Shown: in pieces, positions 1-7,312 of the stretch
How the letters are laid out: every line of letters starts with the position of its first letter
How positions within the stretch are numbered: the first letter of the stretch is position 1
NCBI GenBank assembly: GCA_039801885.1
Contig: JBDRVN010000027.1
Span: forward strand, 1-21,622
Length of the DNA stretch: 21,622 bases
DNA from: a candidate division WOR-3 bacterium
GTDB taxonomy: Bacteria; Hydrothermota; Tepidihabitantia; Tepidihabitantales; DTDR01
Direction of reading: 5' to 3'
Translations under genes and position numbers: made by a program
The notes under the pieces: generated by a model
What the model was told of the DNA's origin: nothing
Database searches by the model: none
Seen by the model: only the letters and a program-made list of their open reading frames with translations

Positions 1-2
1 CT

Positions 3-554
3 GAATATTTAAAAATTTCGGAGATTGATAAGATTTTTAAAATTTCTCGTCGACCAATTTGCGGCACCTGCGGAATGATAAAAAGATATATCTTTAATCG
101 TTTTGCTCGGGAAAATAATTTTAATAAAGTAGCCACTGGTCATTGTGCCGATGATATAATAAAATTCTTCTTTAAAAATTTTGAGAGCGGTTATTTCTCT
201 TGGATAGATAAATTAAAACCCTTAACTCCTTCTTTTCATCCAAAGGTATTGCCCCGTATCCGACCTTTATATAACTGTTTGGAAATAGAAAATTATGCCT
301 ATGTTAAGTTTAAAAGAATAGAAATTGCCACTTGCGTTATGTGCTCTTATTTTACGAGAAAAGATGAATGGGATGAGATATTCAGGTTTATTGATGAGAA
401 AAAACCCCAATTCAAATTAAACTTTGTGAGAAATTTAGCCGAAGTAAAGATAATTGGACCGGAGAAAGAAAAGGAATATTATGAGTGCGAAATCTGTGGT
501 GAAATAACCGATAAAAAAATCTGTACAGTCTGTAATTTGAAATCAAAAATTTAA
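3..554 (+). CDS. TtuA/TtcA-family tRNA thiolation protein (PP-loop family), 5'-truncated by window edge
   Basis: The frame is open from position 3 (EYLKISEIDKIFKISRRPICGTCGMIKRY), so the ATG at 75 is internal. It has CxxC, ATGHCADD (cf. ATGHNLDD), RIRPL and a C-terminal Zn-ribbon CEICGE..KICTVC like TtuA/Ncs6. Confidence 0.85.
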   Translation, partial: EYLKISEIDKIFKISRRPICGTCGMIKRYIFNRFARENNFNKVATGHCADDIIKFFFKNFESGYFSWIDKLKPLTPSFHPKVLPRIRPLYNCLEIENYAYVKFKRIEIATCVMCSYFTRKDEWDEIFRFIDEKKPQFKLNFVRNLAEVKIIGPEKEKEYYECEICGEITDKKICTVCNLKSKI

Positions 555-590
555 TTGGTACAATAAATTATAATTTAAAGGAGAATTTGA

Positions 591-1076
591 ATGGCAAAAT
601 TAAATTATTTTATTTTATTTTTAATAATAATTTTTAGTTGCTCCCAAAAGAAGACCGAGGAAAGAAAAATTGAAAAAATTTTTGCTTACGGAATAACTTT
701 GACCAAAGAGAGTTCTCCGAAAGAGGTGGCTAATCTTTTAATTAAAGGTTTAGATAATGAAGATGAGGAACTGTTGAAAAAATTGGTTGCTGTTGATTAT
801 GAAACAAAAGAAATAGAAAAGATTTTTAAAAACCAAGGTAAAAAAGCAAAAATTAACAAAGAAGAGGTGGCTGATTTGACTGTTAGTGGTTGGCTTTTAA
901 CTTATACCTTTTTTGAGAAAGGAAAGACAAGAGTAATAGAGGAGGAAATAGAAGGAGATTTTGCTTATGTGTATGCTTCGGGAATAAAGCCTAATGGAAA
1001 AGAAAGAACAATAGAGATTAGAATGGTTAAAGAAGAGGGATTTTGGAAGATTCAAGCCGGATTAAAAGAATATTAA
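591..1076 (+). CDS. Putative lipoprotein, DUF4878/NTF2-like
   Basis: SD AAGGAG upstream; signal peptide with lipobox IIIFS-C; 'SPKEVA' and C-terminal 'IRMVKEEGFWKI' pattern typical of DUF4878-like folds. Confidence 0.65.
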   Translation: MAKLNYFILFLIIIFSCSQKKTEERKIEKIFAYGITLTKESSPKEVANLLIKGLDNEDEELLKKLVAVDYETKEIEKIFKNQGKKAKINKEEVADLTVSGWLLTYTFFEKGKTRVIEEEIEGDFAYVYASGIKPNGKERTIEIRMVKEEGFWKIQAGLKEY

Positions 1077-1153
1077 CCTTTGCTAAAAATAAAATTTTTG
1101 TAAATCCTTGTAAAATAAGGTTAAAATTAATTTTAAATTAGATATTTTTCTTA

Positions 1154-1180
1154 TTGACTTTTTTTTTTCATCATTACAAT
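1154..1180 (+). promoter_or_regulatory. Possible sigma70 promoter TTGACT-N15-TACAAT with a T10 tract
   Basis: TTGACT 1154-1159, TACAAT 1175-1180. The spacer is only 15 bp and the T run covers 1159-1168. Confidence 0.35.
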
Positions 1181-1262
1181 TTTTGGAAATGAATATGTTT
1201 GACATATTTTTAAAAAAGACAAAAGATATTTTATTAGGAAGCAAAATAAAATGGAGGTAAAG

Positions 1263-2123
1263 ATGCGAAAGAACTTTTTATTTTTTAGTTTTTTATTGAT
1301 TGGATTATTGTCTTTTTCTCATTCGCAAGGTCAACCTTATGTATTAGAAAATTCTTCTTCTGTTGCAGGTTATTATAATTGGGGAGCAGATTGGTGGACT
1401 CCTTATCAATGGTACAGATATGCGGAATGTTGGGTTGATTTAATTTTTACCCGTTCGCTTGCTCATCCTACTTATTTAAATATTATTGCTGAATGTTCTC
1501 AACGAGGTCTTACTAGCACTATTGATGTATACATTTCTACTACTTCAATGCTATTTAACAATATTCCCGAAGATAGTTGGGTTTACACTGATGGAAACTG
1601 GTGTAATTGGCATACTAAAACAGGTGGTTATTATGTTGGTCGTTATGTAACACCTCCTGGTGGTGAGCGTGGATTGGTATCTTGGAATATTGATTCTTGG
1701 ATAAGGGCTAATCCGTCACATCTATATTATATATGTATTGACCAATTAGGCGTTAATTACGATGTAGGAGTTTTCCAACTATGGTTAGGACCTCAAGGAA
1801 GAATCCAAGATATATCCGAAAATAATACACCATTTTATCCTACATTAAACAGGAAAGCACAAAATATTCCCAATCCTTTTGCTTCTTCCACTACTATTAA
1901 GTATTATCTTTCTACTGAAGGAAATGTTTCAATTGTAATTTATGATAAAAACGGAAATAAAGTTAAAACTTTACTTGATAATGTTTTCCAAAAGGCAGGC
2001 ACCCATACTATATCTTGGAACGGAGTAGATGAATTAGGAAAAAAAGTAAGTCCAGGTACCTACTTTTATAAAATTGAACTGCCTCAGCAGATAATTCAAG
2101 GAAAAATGGTAATTCAAAAATAA
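1263..2123 (+). CDS. Secreted protein with C-terminal FlgD-Ig / T9SS type A-like sorting domain
   Basis: The start is better placed at ATG 1263 (SD GGAGGT 1253-1258) than at 1251. Signal peptide MRKNFLFFSFLLIGLLSFSHS; C-terminus 'NIPNPF..TTIKY.L....V.I.IYD..G..VKTL......G.HTISWNG.D..GKKVSPGTYFY'. The N-terminal Trp/Tyr-rich domain is unrecognised. Confidence 0.8.
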   Translation: MRKNFLFFSFLLIGLLSFSHSQGQPYVLENSSSVAGYYNWGADWWTPYQWYRYAECWVDLIFTRSLAHPTYLNIIAECSQRGLTSTIDVYISTTSMLFNNIPEDSWVYTDGNWCNWHTKTGGYYVGRYVTPPGGERGLVSWNIDSWIRANPSHLYYICIDQLGVNYDVGVFQLWLGPQGRIQDISENNTPFYPTLNRKAQNIPNPFASSTTIKYYLSTEGNVSIVIYDKNGNKVKTLLDNVFQKAGTHTISWNGVDELGKKVSPGTYFYKIELPQQIIQGKMVIQK

Positions 2124-2482
2124 CTAAAATTTACTTTAAAATATGTAATAGACTAAGACATCGTTACCGGTTATGTAAAGAAAATAACCAAAAGCATAAT
2201 AATCTGAAATAATAACTAAGGGCTTGGTGGAGAATAAATAAGATTCTAAAAGGTAGTATGAAAATATTATAAAACCAAAATATTTATTCAAGAAATTCTA
2301 AGATATTTAACCGGTTTCTTAGTTATTATTATAAACCATTATATTTCTTATTATTATCTTTTTTTTTTATAATTTTTAAAAACTAAATCCTATACTATCT
2401 CCTATACTGCTCCCTTTTTAATAGAAAGTAAAATCCCCTTGTTCTAATAAGATAGATTTTAGAAAATATATAAAAAAGAGAT

Positions 2483-2632
2483 TTATTTAAGTATTAAGTA
2501 AAGAAAAATCAATACCTTAGGCACCTCCTTTTTAGGTTTATCTTTTAGTAATTCTTTCTTAATCAAAATCCCAAAATCTAATACCCTCCTTATTCCATAA
2601 TACCGGTATTTTGATTTCCAAATTATCCCCAT
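2483..2632 (-). CDS. Putative leaderless small protein, 49 aa (not in ORF track): MGIIWKSKYRYYGIRRVLDFGILIKKELLKDKPKKEVPKVLIFLYLILK
   Basis: ATG 8 nt after the CGTA box of the repeat promoter. It shares start context, stop codon position and 11/16 C-terminal residues with ORF 20406-20657. Confidence 0.45.
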   Translation of the reverse strand: MGIIWKSKYRYYGIRRVLDFGILIKKELLKDKPKKEVPKVLIFLYLILK

Positions 2633-2640
2633 ATATATAA

Positions 2641-2666
2641 TACGAAAAAAGAGCCCCAAAGGTTAC
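2641..2666 (-). promoter_or_regulatory. ECF-sigma-like promoter GTAAC-N17-CGTA (repeat copy 1)
   Basis: Matches the generic ECF pattern (AAC at -35, CGT at -10). Boxes and spacing are conserved in copy 2. Confidence 0.55.
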
Positions 2667-2680
2667 CACTTTTTTATTAC

Positions 2681-2708
2681 TTGAAATTTAAATTCAAATT
2701 TCTATAAT
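2681..2708 (+). promoter_or_regulatory. sigma70-like promoter, leaderless arrangement
   Basis: TTGAAA 2681-2686, 16-bp spacer, TATAAT 2703-2708, 7 nt to ATG 2716, no SD. Confidence 0.65.
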
Positions 2709-2715
2709 CAAATAA

Positions 2716-4836
2716 ATGATTTTACTATTTCTATTTCTTTTAACCAAGGATTTTTTAGAAGTTTATAAAGTTGATAAAATTTTTATTGATGGGATAGAAG
2801 AGGATTTGTGGCGGTTGGCAGATTCGGTAATTGTTAATAAGCAATTTTATCCTTATTATGATTCTCTTGCCAGTTATAAAACTATTGTAAAGGTTTTGCA
2901 GGATAAAAATAATTTATATTTTCTTATTAAAACTGATTTTAAAAATGACAAACCAAATACTTCTTTGAGTAGCGAAGTCGATTTTTATCGTATTTATCTC
3001 GATCCAACTCTTTCCAGATTGAATGCTTATTCTTTCTATATTAATACAGTTAATAAGAGATATAATTTTCTTTTACTTGATGATGGAAGAAACAGAGAGG
3101 TTTGGGAAGGGGTATTTGATAGCAAGACGAAAATTTACAGAGATAATGATGCTAACTATATTTTAATTTGCGAAATTAAAATTCCTTTTAAGAATTTCCG
3201 TTATAGAAAAGATATAAATGAATGGGGTTTTCAAATAGAAACATATTATCAGAAAAAGCGAGAGACTTGTTATTTTCTTTTGCCCGAGCAAGAAGAAGGG
3301 TTAAGGGTATCAAAATTTGGTACTTTAAAAAATGTTTTACCCCATTCGGAAGGAATTGGTATGGAAATTTATCCGGTTGGAGTTTTAAAGAACGAATATT
3401 ATATTGGTCGGGATGAGAAAAGATTAGGGAAAATTTTACCTTGGAGCGGCTTAGATATTGCTTATAAAAAAGAAGATAAACAGATAAATTTAACTTTCTT
3501 GCCCGATTTTGCCGAAATTGAATCTGACCCATTTACAATGACTTTAAGTAAATACGAAATTTATTATCCGGAAAGAAGACATTTCTTTATAGAAGGTAAA
3601 AATTATTTTGAACCAGCAACAATGGGTGTAGGTCTTTATTCACCGATTAAGATTTTTTATTCAAGAAGGATTGGTAGGAAAATGTGTGATTATTCGGGCG
3701 AAGTGCCAATTTTAAGTGGTCTAAAATTTACTGGTCGGTTTGAGAGGTATGAGATTGGTTTTCTAAATTCTTTTACCGGTGAGAAGTTTGGTGAATGGGA
3801 TACCTCTTTTTATAATACTTGGAATGTATTTCGGATAAAAAGATATTTTTTTACCAACTCAGAGATTGGTTTTCTTGCTACTCATAAATATGATATAGAA
3901 AGAAAAGAAAGTTTCTTTAACTTTGATAATGATGGTGCTTTAAGATTTGGGAAAAATCAGTTTTTATGGCAGATAGTTGGCAATAAAAATAGAAACGAAA
4001 AATTTGGCTATGCTTTTCAAAATGGCGGAATTTATTATTTAACAAAAAATATTTCTACTTTTTATAGTATTAAATATGTAAATAATGATTTTGATATTAG
4101 TTCAATGGGTTATGCTTCGGTCTTTCCCGGTAATAGAAATGTTTATTTAGGAGCAAGTTACCAAGGATTCCCTAAAAGCAAAAAAGTTAATCAATATGTT
4201 TTTACTTCTTCCTTTTGGCAAGGCAAAGAAAGAGAAGATATTGATTGGTCAAGGACTGGTGGAATAGAGTTTAATGTTAATTTTACAAAACCGGAAATTT
4301 TTTATTACAATTATTTTGCTTATGGAAGATGTTTTAAAGGAGATATTAAATATAACTATATTGGAATAAATAATAATCTATCTTTTTCAATTGGGCAGAC
4401 AAGTTTTTGGTTGGGAACTTGGTTGGGAAGGTCCTATAATTATTCAAGGAATTTTGTTGCCTGGCAGGCATTATCTTGGTTTGGTTTTTATTTACCGATT
4501 TTAAATAGATTTTATTTAGACCTCAATATTAATGGTTGGTCACAGTTTGATACTTTAAATAGACATTTATTAACTACTTTAAGCCCTATCTTTTCTCTTG
4601 GCTATAAATTTACTCCTTATATGGGAATAACCTTTTATTCTAACCCTCCTTTAAGTTATCAAAGTTCTCAATTTACTCTCTTCCAATTAAGAACCGCCTT
4701 ATATTATTATTGGGAGATAAAGCCAAAATCAAAGATTTATTTTGTGATAAATGAACTTCTTATAAAAAATAATAATAAATGGCAAGAGAATGAGCGGATA
4801 TTAGCGATAAAAATAAAATATTTCTACTGGTTTTAA
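2716..4836 (+). CDS. DUF5916-family outer-membrane protein with N-terminal CBM9/DOMON-like domain
   Basis: Signature 'PDFAEIESD...YYPERRHFFIEG...IFYSRRIG'; N-terminal 'IDG.....W' and 'QDKNNLYF'; aromatic beta-barrel-type C-terminus (KIKYFYWF). Confidence 0.8.
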   Translation: MILLFLFLLTKDFLEVYKVDKIFIDGIEEDLWRLADSVIVNKQFYPYYDSLASYKTIVKVLQDKNNLYFLIKTDFKNDKPNTSLSSEVDFYRIYLDPTLSRLNAYSFYINTVNKRYNFLLLDDGRNREVWEGVFDSKTKIYRDNDANYILICEIKIPFKNFRYRKDINEWGFQIETYYQKKRETCYFLLPEQEEGLRVSKFGTLKNVLPHSEGIGMEIYPVGVLKNEYYIGRDEKRLGKILPWSGLDIAYKKEDKQINLTFLPDFAEIESDPFTMTLSKYEIYYPERRHFFIEGKNYFEPATMGVGLYSPIKIFYSRRIGRKMCDYSGEVPILSGLKFTGRFERYEIGFLNSFTGEKFGEWDTSFYNTWNVFRIKRYFFTNSEIGFLATHKYDIERKESFFNFDNDGALRFGKNQFLWQIVGNKNRNEKFGYAFQNGGIYYLTKNISTFYSIKYVNNDFDISSMGYASVFPGNRNVYLGASYQGFPKSKKVNQYVFTSSFWQGKEREDIDWSRTGGIEFNVNFTKPEIFYYNYFAYGRCFKGDIKYNYIGINNNLSFSIGQTSFWLGTWLGRSYNYSRNFVAWQALSWFGFYLPILNRFYLDLNINGWSQFDTLNRHLLTTLSPIFSLGYKFTPYMGITFYSNPPLSYQSSQFTLFQLRTALYYYWEIKPKSKIYFVINELLIKNNNKWQENERILAIKIKYFYWF

Positions 4837-4865
4837 TTGACTTTTAAACAATTTTATGTTAAAAT
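4837..4865 (+). promoter_or_regulatory. sigma70-like promoter of clpC, leaderless arrangement
   Basis: TTGACT 4837-4842, 17-bp spacer ending TGn, TAAAAT 4860-4865, 5 nt to ATG 4871, no SD. Confidence 0.7.
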
Positions 4866-4870
4866 AAATT

Positions 4871-7303
4871 ATGCAGGATAGATTTACCAATCGTTTAAGA
4901 AAAGTTATTAACATTGCCCGTCAGGAGGCAATTAGAATGCATCATGATTATATTGGTTCCGAACATTTACTTTTAGGAATTGTAAAGGAAGGCGAGGGGG
5001 TTGCGGCGTTAGTTTTATCCAATTTGGGAATTGAAAGAGACGAATTGATTTCGGCAATTGAAAATGCCATAAGTTATGGCAAAACTCCAATTATTTTAGG
5101 TGAAATTCCTTTAAATCAGGAGGCAAGGAGGATTTTAAATTATGCGATGGAAGAGGCGAGGAGGATGAACCATTCTTATATCGGTACTGAACATCTTTTA
5201 TTAGGAATATTAAGAGAAGACCAATCAGTTGCGGCCCAAGTTTTGTTCTCCTTAGGAATTGATATTGATATTGTTCGCAGCGAAATAATGAAGGTTTTAG
5301 AAGGCGAAACAGTTAGTCAATCTATTCCAAAAGGTAAATCTAAAACACCCGCTTTAGATTATTTCTCAAGGGATTTAACCCAATTGGCAAGAGAAGATAA
5401 ACTTGACCCAATTATTGGTCGAGAAAAAGAGATTGAGAGGGTTATCCAAATATTGGTTAGAAGAAAGAAAAATAATCCCGTTTTAATTGGTGAAGCCGGT
5501 GTTGGTAAAACCGCAATTGTTGAAGGACTTGCCCAAAGGATTGTTGAGGGAAGAGTTCCTTCTCTATTAAAAAATAAAAGGGTTTTGGCATTAGATTTAC
5601 CAGCCTTAATTGCCGGTACAAAATACCGAGGTCAGTTTGAAGAGAGAATGAAGACAGTGCTTAATGAGATAACGAAATCGGGCGATGTTATCATTTTTAT
5701 TGATGAATTACACACAATTGTTGGTGCCGGTGCTGCGGAAGGAGCGATCGATGCCTCTAATATTTTAAAACCGGCATTAGCAAGAGGAGAAATTCAATGT
5801 ATTGGTGCCACTACTTTTGAAGAATATCGAAAGTATATTGAAAAACATTCAGCATTAGAAAGAAGATTTCAGCCAATTATTGTTGAACCGCCATCCGTTT
5901 CTGAAACGATAAAAATTTTACAAGGTTTAAAAGAGAAATACGAATTACATCATGGGGTAATTTATACTGATGAAGCCTTAGAGGCTTGTGCTTATCTTGC
6001 TGACCGGTATATTACTGATCGCTATTTACCCGACAAAGCGATAGATGTGATGGATGAAGCCGGTGCTCGGGTAAAATTGTTAAGACCAGTTTTCAATCCT
6101 GATATTGAAGAATTGGAGAGAAGGATTGAAAGGGTAAAAAAATTAAAAGAAGAAGCAGTAAGAAAACAGGAGTTCGAAAAGGCAGCAGAAATCAGAGATG
6201 AACAGAGGAGGTTAACAGAATTTTTGAAGAGAAAGAGAAAGGAAATTGAAAAGAAAGGTGGTTTTCCGACGGTTATTCCCGAAGATATTGCTCAAGTTGT
6301 TTCAATGTGGTCGGGAATTCCTTTACAAAAGATTGAAGAGAGTGAACAACAGAAGCTTTTGAAAATGGAAGAGGAATTAAAGAAAAGGATTGTTGGTCAG
6401 GACCACGCAATTGAAGTAGTTGCCCAGGCAACGAGAAGAAGTCGGGCAGGAATTAAAGATCCAAGAAGACCAATCGGTTCTTTTATATTTTTGGGTCCTA
6501 CTGGCGTTGGTAAAACTGAATTGGCAAGGGTATTGGCAAGGTTTCTCTTTGGGCACGAAGATGCCTTAATAAGGCTTGATATGTCTGAATATATGGAAAA
6601 ATTTAATGTCTCAAGATTAATTGGTGCACCACCTGGTTATGTGGGTTATGAAGAAGGTGGCCAATTAACTGAGAAAGTGAGGAGAAAACCTTATTCAGTG
6701 GTTTTGTTTGACGAAATTGAAAAAGCCCATCCGGATGTTTTTAATATTTTATTACAAATTTTAGAAGATGGTCAATTAACCGATGCCTTTGGCCGGAGGA
6801 TCAATTTTAGAAATTGTGTGATTATAATGACATCAAATATTGGTACTGCGGAAATAAAGAAATCAAGCGGTTTTGGTTTTGCTTCAGTTAGTCCAGAAGA
6901 AAGTTATGAGAAGATGAAAGAAAGGATTTTAATGGAAGTGAAAAAAGTCTTCCGACCGGAATTTATTAATCGGGTAGATGAGATTATTGTCTTTAGGTCC
7001 TTAGGAAAAGAGGAAATGGAAAAGATTGTTGATATTCAGATTAATGATATAAATGAGAGATTAAAAGAGAAAGGTTTAAAATTGGTTTTATCTCCGGAAG
7101 CAAAAGAGGTTCTTGTTGAACAGGGCTTTGATCCGGAATACGGTGCCCGACCATTAAAGAGAGCAATAAGAAGATTGATTGAAGACCCCTTAGCCGAAGA
7201 GATATTAAAAGGAAAATTTAAAGAAAGTTCTATTGTCTATATTGAAAGGGAAGGAAACGAATTACGTTTTGTTGCCAAAAAACCAGAAGAACTAAAAGTT
7301 TAA
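4871..7303 (+). CDS. clpC: ATP-dependent Clp protease ATP-binding subunit ClpC
   Basis: Two Clp-N repeats (EHLLLG), Walker A motifs GEAGVGKT and [11 protein letters not shown]-like middle domain ([11 protein letters not shown]), GYVGY pore loop, ClpP-docking 'FGF' loop, 810 aa. Confidence 0.95.
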   Translation: MQDRFTNRLRKVINIARQEAIRMHHDYIGSEHLLLGIVKEGEGVAALVLSNLGIERDELISAIENAISYGKTPIILGEIPLNQEARRILNYAMEEARRMNHSYIGTEHLLLGILREDQSVAAQVLFSLGIDIDIVRSEIMKVLEGETVSQSIPKGKSKTPALDYFSRDLTQLAREDKLDPIIGREKEIERVIQILVRRKKNNPVLIGEAGVGKTAIVEGLAQRIVEGRVPSLLKNKRVLALDLPALIAGTKYRGQFEERMKTVLNEITKSGDVIIFIDELHTIVGAGAAEGAIDASNILKPALARGEIQCIGATTFEEYRKYIEKHSALERRFQPIIVEPPSVSETIKILQGLKEKYELHHGVIYTDEALEACAYLADRYITDRYLPDKAIDVMDEAGARVKLLRPVFNPDIEELERRIERVKKLKEEAVRKQEFEKAAEIRDEQRRLTEFLKRKRKEIEKKGGFPTVIPEDIAQVVSMWSGIPLQKIEESEQQKLLKMEEELKKRIVGQDHAIEVVAQATRRSRAGIKDPRRPIGSFIFLGPTGVGKTELARVLARFLFGHEDALIRLDMSEYMEKFNVSRLIGAPPGYVGYEEGGQLTEKVRRKPYSVVLFDEIEKAHPDVFNILLQILEDGQLTDAFGRRINFRNCVIIMTSNIGTAEIKKSSGFGFASVSPEESYEKMKERILMEVKKVFRPEFINRVDEIIVFRSLGKEEMEKIVDIQINDINERLKEKGLKLVLSPEAKEVLVEQGFDPEYGARPLKRAIRRLIEDPLAEEILKGKFKESSIVYIEREGNELRFVAKKPEELKV

Positions 7304-7312
7304 ATAAAATAG

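Larger units (their letters stand above)
2243..2679 (-). repeat. Dispersed intergenic element, copy 1 (inverted relative to copy 2 at 20358-20892)
   Basis: Manual alignment gives three collinear homologous blocks: 2626-2679 vs 20358-20412; 2375-2534 vs 20606-20765 (ungapped); 2243-2282 vs 20853-20892 (31/40 identical). Confidence 0.9.

Noticed and set aside
1073-1124. Inverted repeat TTAACCTT...AAGGTTAA as a terminator
   Set aside because: AT-rich 8-bp arms separated by 36 nt; too weak to call.
3188-3532. ORF-track entries 3188-3532 (-) and 3222-3416 (+)
   Set aside because: Nested in the DUF5916 gene; no motifs or start signals.
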